Source: Thermoplasmata archaeon | GTDB taxonomy: Archaea > Thermoplasmatota > Thermoplasmata > UBA10834 | Reading direction: 5' to 3' | NCBI GenBank assembly: GCA_041494275.1 | Contig: JBGQAM010000008.1 | Location: forward strand, 1 to 32,000 | DNA length: 32,000 nt | Shown: positions 1 through 7,645 of the stretch, piece after piece | Layout: each line of letters opens with the position of its first letter | Numbering within the stretch: position 1 is the stretch's first letter | Notes under the pieces: model-generated | What the model saw: only the letters and a program-made list of their open reading frames with translations | The model's database searches: none | What the model was told of the DNA's origin: nothing | Position numbers and translations under genes: made by a program

Positions 1-1
1 A

Positions 2-610
2 GAGGATTGGGGGCGCAATGCCGGCTGTCTCAATGGCAATGTCATTGCAGCGCTCTGTAGGCTCGGGCTGGGGAAGGACAGTCGGGTGAAGAAGGCCATC
101 AATTATCTCCTTGCGTTCCAGGAATCAGATGGCGGGTGGACCTGCAGATCCTTCGGTTATCATGCCAAAGACATACACAGCTGCTTCATGGGGACAATCT
201 GCGCCCTCGATGCTTTGTTGGAGTCCTCGACCACCAGACAAGACAAGAGGGTACATGAGGCGAAGATGAAAGCCTGCGAGTTCCTGCTGATGCATCACCT
301 GCTGAGGGCAGACCACCACGACTGGAAGTTCATAAGGCCTGAATGGGCCCAGCTGCGGGCTCCATGGATGGTCAGCTATAGCCTTCTGCGGGGGCTCAGG
401 GCACTGACTCGGGCGGGAGTGCTGTATGATCCCAGAATGAGGGAAGGCATCGAGATTTTGAAATCTAAGAGGCACAGGAATGGCCGATGGAGAAGAGAAG
501 TATCCTGGCCAACATCAGCGTACTCTTCCTTTGGACGCGCAGGAAGTGATGATAAATGGATCACACTCAATGCGCTTCTAGTTCTCAAAGCCCTCAGACT
601 CGAGCATTGA
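2..610 (+). CDS. Prenyltransferase / squalene-cyclase-repeat (alpha-alpha toroid) family protein, 3' portion; gene begins upstream of the window
   Basis: The frame of listed ORF 86..610 stays open back to base 2, so the start codon listed at 86 (a GTG) is probably internal. Two QW-like repeats (LAFQESDGGW, SKRHRNGRW). TGA stop at 608-610. Confidence 0.6.
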   Translation, partial: EDWGRNAGCLNGNVIAALCRLGLGKDSRVKKAINYLLAFQESDGGWTCRSFGYHAKDIHSCFMGTICALDALLESSTTRQDKRVHEAKMKACEFLLMHHLLRADHHDWKFIRPEWAQLRAPWMVSYSLLRGLRALTRAGVLYDPRMREGIEILKSKRHRNGRWRREVSWPTSAYSSFGRAGSDDKWITLNALLVLKALRLEH

Positions 611-641
611 CATTCTAAGAAGGCTCAAATCCTTGTTCGTC

Positions 642-1556
642 ATGGCCCAGAGACGAATGTCCCTGCCCAAGAGTGCGTTGATGACGTCTGCATCGGCCAT
701 CTCAGCAGTGGCATTGTGGGGGCTGGCATTCCCTCTCATCCAGGAGGGACTTGTCGATTTCTCTCCGGTTCTGCTGGGTTTTGTCCGATTTGTCCTGGCC
801 TCGGTTCTCATGCTGGGGGTCATCGCCATCAAGTATCCGCTGGGGAGGATAGTCCAGACAATCAAGGCCGAATGGAAACCGCTGCTCATCCTTGGCCTTC
901 TCTATGTCGCGATACCCAATGTGGCGCAGAACTTGGGTCTTCAGCACGGGACATCTTCAATCGCATCGGTCATCCAGTCATCTGGTCCTGTGATGACCCT
1001 GGTCTTCGCCGTCCTGCTCTTGAAAGAAGGACTCACGAGGATGAAGACTCTCGGAACCGTCGTCGCCATGTCTGGGACGATCCTCCTTGTCGCCAGCGGA
1101 GGGATCTCTCTCGGGAATCAGGATTTCGTCAGCAACCTTCTCATCCTGATATCCGCTACCTCCTATGGCCTTGCCTGGGTCTCAGCGAAGAACATGATTG
1201 CCAGGAACCCGCCAGTGCTGATCATCGGACTTTCCCTAATGTTCGGAACGGCCCTTCTTGGAATTGCCGTTCCCTTCGAGCAGGGACTGAGGATGGAACT
1301 CACCCAAGACTCCATCCTGAACATCGCTGTGCTAGGATTCCTCTGTGCTGGGGTGTCATCAGTGCTCTACCTCAGTTCTCTCGAGCACGAGGAGGTCTCA
1401 CGGATGGCGTTCTTCATCTATCTCATGCCAGTGTTCGCGTCTCTGTTCGCGTGGGCTATACGAGACGAGGGGGTCGCCCCTTGGACGGCGTTCTGCGGCT
1501 TGATTATCGTCGCGGGGATCGCGATCGCCAACAGAAAAGGGCGGGTGCCCGCCTAA
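642..1556 (+). CDS. EamA/DMT-superfamily transporter (about 10 TM)
   Basis: Hydrophobic throughout with two similar five-helix halves typical of EamA. First ATG at 642; the ORF-track start at 633 is TTG. Confidence 0.75.
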   Translation: MAQRRMSLPKSALMTSASAISAVALWGLAFPLIQEGLVDFSPVLLGFVRFVLASVLMLGVIAIKYPLGRIVQTIKAEWKPLLILGLLYVAIPNVAQNLGLQHGTSSIASVIQSSGPVMTLVFAVLLLKEGLTRMKTLGTVVAMSGTILLVASGGISLGNQDFVSNLLILISATSYGLAWVSAKNMIARNPPVLIIGLSLMFGTALLGIAVPFEQGLRMELTQDSILNIAVLGFLCAGVSSVLYLSSLEHEEVSRMAFFIYLMPVFASLFAWAIRDEGVAPWTAFCGLIIVAGIAIANRKGRVPA

Positions 1557-1569
1557 GGCCCCCGCCTGT

Positions 1570-2829
1570 CTATTGGGACAAGCCAATATCCCCATAGGTC
1601 TCAAGCTTGATGGGACTCTGCGCCACGATCTCCCCGGCGATCACGCCTCTGTTGTAGTAGAGCTTGAAGAACACTGGTGCAAGGATCGTAGATATGAACG
1701 CCATGAGGACGAGCAATGAGAACAAGTACTCCCTTCCGGCGAACAGTCCGACCTCAAGAGCGATCTGGGCGAAGACCAACTCCATAGCGCCCTTTCCCAT
1801 CATCATCGAACCGATAGCCATGGACTCGTTGGTGCCCAGACCGCCAAGTCTGGCCACCACGAAAGTGCCTCCCAGCTTCCCAACGACTGCCACCAGAAGG
1901 AGTGCGGCAAAAAACAGGAAATGCTGCGCCACGAGATCGAACTTGACCGAGAATCCGATCAAGACGAAGAATATCGGGGCAAGGAATCCAAGCGTTACCC
2001 CGGACAGTATCCCCTCAACTCTCGTCCACACCTTGAGGCCAGTGCCTGTCTCACGCAACAACAGACCGGCAATGAACGCACCGATGACCCCTGGAAGACC
2101 TGCCCATTGTGCTGCGATGGCGAACAGCATCGCCATGCCGACAGCCACAGCGAACGCCGCCTCGCCGGTCCGCATCCACTTCAGGAGTCTGTAGAGGTGC
2201 GGCACGACTAAACGGCCGACGAGAAGTGCGAAGACGAAGAACAACGCAAACCCGACTGCTATGTAGACTGCGGTGGACCATGTCGCTGAGCCCTCCCACG
2301 CCCCGATGATGATTCCGAGAACGAGCAGAAGCAGGATGTCGGTAATCAACGCAGCACTCACTATTATGCCACTGGTCCTCGTGCCGATGACATCCATATC
2401 CTTGAGGATCCTGATGGTGACGGGCAAGGCTGTTACGGCCATTGCGACCGCCATGAATGCGAGAGTCAGGCCGTGTAGATCAAAAGCCAGTCCGACCAGG
2501 ACTCCCAGCACGGCCGGAACGGCGATCCCGACAGCCGCGATGCCGGTGCCAAGCCAGGAAGAGGCCTTGATCAGCTTGGGGGAGAACTCGAGACCGACGT
2601 AGAGCATCAAGAACAGCATCCCGAGGTCCGCGAGCTGTCCTATGAATGTGCTCCTCGACCCGGGCTCCCACATATCACGCAGACCTACGAAGATCTTCCC
2701 AAGGATGAACGGCCCCAGCACAATCCCAGCGAGAAGCTCCCCAACTATAGGCGGCTGGTTGATCCGAGATACAGCCTCACCTAGCGCCTTGGCAAATGCA
2801 ATGATGAGAAGGACGTAGACGAGTATCAT
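1570..2829 (-). CDS. Cation:proton antiporter (CPA2 / Kef-NapA type Na+/H+ exchanger)
   Basis: N-terminus ...ALGEAVSRINQPPIVGELLAGIVLGP is typical of this family, and the protein is polytopic. ATG at 2829 preferred over TTG at 2838. TAG stop. Confidence 0.8.
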   Translation of the reverse strand: MILVYVLLIIAFAKALGEAVSRINQPPIVGELLAGIVLGPFILGKIFVGLRDMWEPGSRSTFIGQLADLGMLFLMLYVGLEFSPKLIKASSWLGTGIAAVGIAVPAVLGVLVGLAFDLHGLTLAFMAVAMAVTALPVTIRILKDMDVIGTRTSGIIVSAALITDILLLLVLGIIIGAWEGSATWSTAVYIAVGFALFFVFALLVGRLVVPHLYRLLKWMRTGEAAFAVAVGMAMLFAIAAQWAGLPGVIGAFIAGLLLRETGTGLKVWTRVEGILSGVTLGFLAPIFFVLIGFSVKFDLVAQHFLFFAALLLVAVVGKLGGTFVVARLGGLGTNESMAIGSMMMGKGAMELVFAQIALEVGLFAGREYLFSLLVLMAFISTILAPVFFKLYYNRGVIAGEIVAQSPIKLETYGDIGLSQ

Positions 2830-2972
2830 GAGATCCAAGGGAGCACCGTCCTGTGATTGCGAGGGATTGGCCTTACGCCGAGATTAACTTTCGCAGGAAG
2901 GCGAGGCGTGAGTTCCAACTCCGAGAAACAGTTATTACCCTCCACTAGGTTACGCAGGACAGGTGCAGTTTC

Positions 2973-4301
2973 TTGCCGCAATGGCAACACATCACATACT
3001 CGAAGGACATCACCCCGGCCCTCTTCGGTCAGCAGGTTACAGTGGGCGGTTGGGTTCAGGACCTGAGGAACCTTGGGGGCATATCCTTTCTGCAGCTGCG
3101 TGACAGAGACGGAGTCATACAAGTCACGATTCTGAAGAAGAGGAGCAAGGAACTCTTCGATCTTGTCGCTTCACTGCCACGGGAATCGGTTCTCCTTGTT
3201 ACTGGCACGGTCAAGGAAAGCAAGGAGGCCAGGGCGGGCTTCGAGGTACTTCCCGACAAGATAGTTGTGTTGAACAAGGCGGAAACGCCGTTGCCGCTCG
3301 GAGTCATTGACAAGGTAGGGGCAGATCTGGACACTCGCCTGAACAATCGCTTCCTGGATTTGAGGAAGGAGGACATCAGAGCGATATTCCAGATCGAAGC
3401 GAAGGCGATCGAGGGAATACGAGGGTTCCTCGTGTCTGAGGGATTCGTCGAAGTCAGCACCCCGAAGATCGTTGCGGCTGGCGCGGAAGGAGGCTCGACG
3501 CTCTTCCCGATCAAGTACTTCGACAGGAGCGCCTATCTTGCTCAGAGCCCACAACTTTACAAACAGAATCTTATGTCGACTGGCCTTGACCGCATCTACG
3601 AGATCGCACACGCCTATAGGGCTGAGGCATCGGACACGATCAGGCACATCGCAGAGTTCATCTCGCTCGATGTGGAGATGGCGTTCATAGAGTCATCAGA
3701 AGACGTGATGGCGGTCGCCGAGGGAATCGTTGTCAGCAGCTTGGAATATGTGCGCGACCGCGCGAAGGTCGAACTCCAGAAGCTGGGAATCACAATCGGG
3801 CAGCCCATGACGCCCTTCCCGCGCGTGAAGTACAAAGAGGCGGTCGAAATCGTCAAGGCAGCCGGCCTGAGGATCGAGCACGGTGACGACCTCGGAACGG
3901 AGGGCGAGAAGGCCCTCGGAGAGGTCATGAAGCGCGAGAAGAACTGTGAACTTTATTTCATTACTGAGTTTCCAACATCACTCAAGAGAGGCACTTTTTA
4001 CGCCAAACGGTCGGACGAGGATCCTGAGACCACGGGCTACTTCGACTTGGACTACAAAGGGCAGGAGATAGTCTCGGGAGGACAGAGGGAACACCGCTAT
4101 AACGTCCTCGTAGAACAGATGCGGGAGAACAACCTCAACCTCGAATCCTTCGACTTCTACCTCAAAGCCTTCAGGTTCGGCATGCCGCCGCACGGAGGGT
4201 TTGGATTCGGGGTCGAGCGCTACGTCCAGAAGATGCTGGACTTGCCCAACATCAGGGAGGCGGTTCTATACCCGAGAGACAGGTCAAGGCTGGTCCCGTG
4301 A
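2973..4301 (+). CDS. aspS: Aspartyl-tRNA synthetase, archaeal type
   Basis: OB-fold N-terminus (VTVGGWVQDLRNLGGISFLQLRDRDG) and class II motifs (YRAE..., GGFGFGVERYV). TTG start at 2973 is preceded by AGGTG 8 nt upstream and a TATA-like GTTATTA at about 2931-2937. Confidence 0.93.
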   Translation: MPQWQHITYSKDITPALFGQQVTVGGWVQDLRNLGGISFLQLRDRDGVIQVTILKKRSKELFDLVASLPRESVLLVTGTVKESKEARAGFEVLPDKIVVLNKAETPLPLGVIDKVGADLDTRLNNRFLDLRKEDIRAIFQIEAKAIEGIRGFLVSEGFVEVSTPKIVAAGAEGGSTLFPIKYFDRSAYLAQSPQLYKQNLMSTGLDRIYEIAHAYRAEASDTIRHIAEFISLDVEMAFIESSEDVMAVAEGIVVSSLEYVRDRAKVELQKLGITIGQPMTPFPRVKYKEAVEIVKAAGLRIEHGDDLGTEGEKALGEVMKREKNCELYFITEFPTSLKRGTFYAKRSDEDPETTGYFDLDYKGQEIVSGGQREHRYNVLVEQMRENNLNLESFDFYLKAFRFGMPPHGGFGFGVERYVQKMLDLPNIREAVLYPRDRSRLVP

Positions 4302-4825
4302 AGAAGGCACCCAAGCGGATGCTGATAGAGCTGCCTACTGCGGACGAGATTGACGCTCTTGCCCTGACCACGCCCCATATCGCGGTCCGCAAATTCGATT
4401 TCGATTTGAAAGGGATGAAGGCGGATCTCAACTACGTTCCTTGCAAGGGACAGCTGGTACTGGTCATATCCGGGAAGGACGGCGTGTTGTTGACAAAGAA
4501 GAAGGGAGGGGATTGGAGTCTCCCCTCTGGCAGGATCGGAACAAACGAAGAACCAATCAAGGCAGCGAAACGGATCGCGAAGGAAGAATGCGGGATAGGT
4601 CTGAAGAGCGTCGAATTGGCAGGCATGTATGATGTTGTCTGGCACTACTCTGACGTATCTGTCAAACGGCTGCACCTGGTCTACGCTGCTCTCACCGATG
4701 ATCTCGAATGCGTTCCCAACGCAGCAAGCGGCGTGATTCAGACCAAGTTCTTCGCGAACATTCTGGAAACGCCTTCGAAGGACGAGATGCTAGCGTGCGC
4801 GGTGTCTGATTGTAGTAAGAAATGA
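4298..4825 (+). CDS. NUDIX hydrolase
   Basis: Near-canonical Nudix box GRIGTNEEPIKAAKRIAKEECGI. GTG start overlaps the aspS stop (GTGA); an alternative ATG lies at 4319. Confidence 0.72.
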   Translation: MKKAPKRMLIELPTADEIDALALTTPHIAVRKFDFDLKGMKADLNYVPCKGQLVLVISGKDGVLLTKKKGGDWSLPSGRIGTNEEPIKAAKRIAKEECGIGLKSVELAGMYDVVWHYSDVSVKRLHLVYAALTDDLECVPNAASGVIQTKFFANILETPSKDEMLACAVSDCSKK

Positions 4826-4860
4826 TTTAACTGGAGTGGCGCATACAGCTGGCGAAGGCG

Positions 4861-5415
4861 ATGGGGCGCATTTTTGAGCGGGAGCTCAAGGGCATTCTGA
4901 AGGGCGACGAGGATATCCTCGCGCGCGTCACGAAAACATGCACGCCAGAAGAGAAAGAGGCGTACTCAAAGATTAGGGATCACCCATTTCTTGTTATCAG
5001 GGGGGCTGGATCCCTCGGGATGGACCTTGTGGCAATTCGCTGGATGATATCTTTCCCCATTGAAGTGAAGAGTTCTGCAAGTGATGTCCTGAGATTCAGT
5101 AGAAGCGAGAAGCTCATCCTCCAAGCAGAACAGATGATACGAGATTGCACCAGGGTCGGCTTGGTACCCATGTACGCTTACAGGTTGAAGGGCAAGAGGG
5201 GCGACTCTTGGAGAGTGTTCGCTCTCACTGTCGAAAATGGAGACAAATGCTTCACTGGCCTTCAAAGACTAGTATACCACAAACTTCCGAAGGTGACGCC
5301 CTCCAAAGAAGGCAATTTCATCATGCGATGGAACGAAGGAATGCCGCTGAGCAACTTCATTGCATACTTGTCCTTTCTCTCAGACGACGTTTCCAGGAAT
5401 CCCTCTAGCTCATAG
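4861..5415 (+). CDS. hjc: Hjc-like archaeal Holliday-junction-resolvase-family nuclease (atypical, long)
   Basis: Hjc signature order: FERELKGIL ... VIRGAGSLGMDLVA ... FPIEVKSS (E...D...E-x-K nuclease core). It carries a roughly 29-aa insertion after the first helix and a roughly 60-aa C-terminal extension relative to the canonical Hjc I recall. Confidence 0.6.
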   Translation: MGRIFERELKGILKGDEDILARVTKTCTPEEKEAYSKIRDHPFLVIRGAGSLGMDLVAIRWMISFPIEVKSSASDVLRFSRSEKLILQAEQMIRDCTRVGLVPMYAYRLKGKRGDSWRVFALTVENGDKCFTGLQRLVYHKLPKVTPSKEGNFIMRWNEGMPLSNFIAYLSFLSDDVSRNPSSS

Positions 5416-5463
5416 GATGAGGAGCCGGGCAGAGCAAGAGGTCACCCGGCAGCTGACAAGTTC

Positions 5464-5524
5464 TCAGCACTCATAGGGTTCATCACAGGTCCTTGCGAAC
5501 CTCAGCTGACCCTCTTGTCATCAC
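5464..5524 (-). ncRNA. Box C/D sRNA (2'-O-methylation guide), core from C box to D box
   Basis: Minus strand reads GTGATGA(C)-caagagggtcag(12 nt)-CTGA(D')-15 nt-GTGATGA(C')-accctatgagtg(12 nt)-CTGA(D). All four boxes match consensus and both guides are 12 nt. Flanks GTAC/GAAC can form a short terminal stem. TATA-like box 28 nt upstream of the C box. Confidence 0.85.
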
Positions 5525-5548
5525 GTACCACCCCAATGGTCATCCCCG

Positions 5549-5556
5549 TATTTTAT
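5549..5556 (-). promoter_or_regulatory. TATA-like box (ATAAAATA on minus strand) for the C/D sRNA
   Basis: Centre is about 28 nt upstream of the first C-box base (5524), predicting a transcript start 2-3 nt before the C box. Confidence 0.6.
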
Positions 5557-5589
5557 GGGAGTCCTGTCGAGGCTAGCTAGTGCCACGAG

Positions 5590-5596
5590 TTATATA
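5590..5596 (+). promoter_or_regulatory. TATA box (TTATATA) for the LysE-family gene
   Basis: Centre is 27 nt upstream of the GTG at 5620, implying a leaderless transcript. Confidence 0.6.
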
Positions 5597-5619
5597 CCAC
5601 GATTTCCCGTTCACCAAAC

Positions 5620-6264
5620 GTGGAAGAACTCACCCAGAACATCTGGATATTCTTCGGGATTGCAGTAGTCATCTCGTTGTCGGGAGTGATGACGCCTGGA
5701 CCAGTTTTTGCAGCGGCAATTGCCAAGGGATACAAGGACCAGAACGCTGGTATCAAGATCGCCCTCGGGCACGGGCTTGTCGAATTCCCCCTGATGGCAT
5801 TGATCATTCTGAGCCTCGGATACGTCTTCCAGAACACCGCGGTCAAGCTGGGGATCGGACTGGTCGGAGGATTCCTTCTCGTCTTCCTCGGCATTATGAT
5901 GGTGAGATCCCGAAAAGAGATCGTCAGCGGCGACAAAGAATACATCCCATACAACTCCATCACGACAGGAGCTTTGACAACTTCCGCGAACCCGTACTTC
6001 TTTCTGTGGTGGGCGACCGTCGGCGCTCTGCTCATATCCAATGCACAGGAGTTCGGCGCGATCGTCGTGGTCGCCTTCGCAGTTGTTCACTGGACCTGTG
6101 ACCTGGCATGGTACAGCTTCACGTCATTCGCAGTCTTCAGAACGAAACACTTGTGGACGCCTCTGGTCCACGAAGTAGTGTTCGGTGCCTGCGGTGCCCT
6201 CATGATCATCTTTGGAATCTACTTCATGCTGGGTCCGGCAAGCGAGCTGTCAAGTTCGACCTGA
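5620..6264 (+). CDS. LysE/RhtB-family amino-acid exporter
   Basis: About 6 TM. N-terminal SGVMTPGPVFAAAIAKG (PGP motif) is typical of LysE-type translocators. GTG start. Confidence 0.65.
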   Translation: MEELTQNIWIFFGIAVVISLSGVMTPGPVFAAAIAKGYKDQNAGIKIALGHGLVEFPLMALIILSLGYVFQNTAVKLGIGLVGGFLLVFLGIMMVRSRKEIVSGDKEYIPYNSITTGALTTSANPYFFLWWATVGALLISNAQEFGAIVVVAFAVVHWTCDLAWYSFTSFAVFRTKHLWTPLVHEVVFGACGALMIIFGIYFMLGPASELSSST

Positions 6265-6278
6265 ACAGAACGATGTAG

Positions 6279-7184
6279 CTAGCGACCGGCAGCTATCATC
6301 CGCTCGAGGGGGATCTTCGCTCTCTTGATTATGTCCGGCGGGAGCTCGATCTTGTGCTGCATCTTCACTAGGGAATCTCGAACATTCTCCAAGGAGATCT
6401 GCCTCATGTTCGGACACGTCGCGTTTGGCACTTCGTACAGGATCTTGCCAGGCGCTTCCTTTCGGAGCCTGTGGAGCATGTTGGCCTCGGTGCCGATGAT
6501 GAACTCCTTCTTCGGAGATGAAACGACATGCTTGATGATGCCCTCAGTGGAGAACGCAAAGTCCGCAAAATCAACGACATCAGGCGTGCATTCAGGATGT
6601 ACCAGTATCTCGGCCTCAGGGTGCTTTCTCTTTAGGACCTTCAAATCCTCGAGCTTGATGTTCACATGAGTCGGGCAGTATCCCGGCCAAAGGATGATCT
6701 CCTTGTCCTTCACGAACCTCTGAACGTAGAGGCCAAGATTCGTGTCAGGAACGAAGATGATCTTCTTGTCGGGCAGTGATTGCACGATCTTGACTGCATT
6801 CGCCGATGTGCAGCATATGTCCGATTCCGCCTTCACCTCAGCGGATGTATTCACATAAGACACAACAGGTGCCCCTGGGTGCGCCGACTTCAAATCCTTC
6901 AGAGACTTCACGTCAACCATCGCGGCCATGGGGCACTTTGCCTTGAGGTTTGGGTGGAGAACGATCTTCTGCGGGTTCAGGATCTTGGCTGATTCGGCCA
7001 TGAAGTCGACGCCACAGAAAACGATGATCTTCGCATCGGTCTTGGATGCCTGAACGGATAGTCCGTACGAATCCCCAAGGAAATCAGAAATCTCCTGAAC
7101 TTCCTTCCTCTGGTAGTTATGGCCCAGAATGATCGCATTCTTCTCCTTCTTGAGTTCCATGATCTGATTCTGAATGGCGTTCAA
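6279..7184 (-). CDS. nadA: Quinolinate synthase
   Basis: ELKKEKNAIILGHNYQ...DFLGDSYGL...FCGVDFMAESAKILNP matches archaeal NadA. TTG start at 7184 gives the expected N-terminal length; alternative ATG at 7160. Confidence 0.92.
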   Translation of the reverse strand: MNAIQNQIMELKKEKNAIILGHNYQRKEVQEISDFLGDSYGLSVQASKTDAKIIVFCGVDFMAESAKILNPQKIVLHPNLKAKCPMAAMVDVKSLKDLKSAHPGAPVVSYVNTSAEVKAESDICCTSANAVKIVQSLPDKKIIFVPDTNLGLYVQRFVKDKEIILWPGYCPTHVNIKLEDLKVLKRKHPEAEILVHPECTPDVVDFADFAFSTEGIIKHVVSSPKKEFIIGTEANMLHRLRKEAPGKILYEVPNATCPNMRQISLENVRDSLVKMQHKIELPPDIIKRAKIPLERMIAAGR

Positions 7185-7257
7185 GGTTTCAAACGCGGTT
7201 AGCGACAGGTCAATATTAATCCTTTCGTCCGAACGCTTTATGCCTCTCGTTTCTAAA

Positions 7258-7275
7258 GGGATTCGAACGATTCCC
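7258..7275. repeat. Imperfect inverted repeat GGGATTCG-AA-CGATTCCC in the nadA/kor divergent intergenic region
   Basis: Read directly: 8-nt arms with one mismatch. Nearby CGAACG is repeated at about 7230-7235 and 7264-7269. Confidence 0.3.
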
Positions 7276-7396
7276 GTCCCTCGCGACCGCCATTTCTCTG
7301 GAAGCTCGACGACAACGGTGCCAGGAGCTCATCTAGCGGTTTCTTTTAACTCGAATACATTCAAATATCGTTCGACCGATGCTTTGAAGGTTGTCA

Positions 7397-7645
7397 ATGA
7401 AGCCAGTGATAGACCCGAAGTTGTGCAAAGGATGCAACATATGCGTCTACATCTGCCCCAAGAAATGCTACTCGAAAGGTGCCGAGATATCCGAAATGGG
7501 GTACTTCGACGCCGTGGCAAGCTCAGCCGAGAAATGCTATAATCACAACAGAGCGGGGAAGCTCATTTGCGAACTGTGCGTGCTCAGCTGCCCTGACCAG
7601 GCGATCTCGTGGCAGCCGGAGACCGAGGAGGAAAAGAAACGATGA
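7397..7645 (+). CDS. korD: 2-oxoacid:ferredoxin oxidoreductase delta subunit (2x[4Fe-4S] ferredoxin)
   Basis: Two cluster motifs, CKGCNICVYICP and CELCVLSCP. Its stop overlaps the next start (ATGA). The kor symbol is a guess from gene order; substrate is unproven. Confidence 0.8.
   Translation: MKPVIDPKLCKGCNICVYICPKKCYSKGAEISEMGYFDAVASSAEKCYNHNRAGKLICELCVLSCPDQAISWQPETEEEKKR

Noticed and set aside
716-1597. 293-aa + strand ORF overlapping the EamA gene in another frame.
   Set aside because: Its Arg/Pro/Gly-rich low-complexity translation is typical of an off-frame read of a GC-rich gene. The EamA frame gives a coherent 10-TM protein.
1664-2602. Several 60-176-aa + strand ORFs antisense to the cation/proton antiporter gene.
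   Set aside because: Ala/Pro/Ser/Arg-rich translations with no motifs. The minus-strand frame encodes a clear CPA2 protein across the whole interval.
5413-5577. The reading frame of the hjc-like gene stays open for 54 codons past its TAG stop, up to a second TAG at 5575-5577. This could be TAG (pyrrolysine-type) read-through.
   Set aside because: The extension has no recognisable protein character and is occupied by the antisense C/D sRNA. By my count TAG terminates 9 of 34 genes here, so TAG is not depleted or obviously recoded. An open 54-codon frame is plausible by chance.
7255-7300. tRNA-like GGGATTCGAAC... sequence, resembling the reverse complement of a T-arm.
   Set aside because: The 7-nt loop and 5-bp stem cannot be placed with a proper T-loop consensus on either strand. 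No acceptor stem, D-arm or anticodon arm can be built around it.
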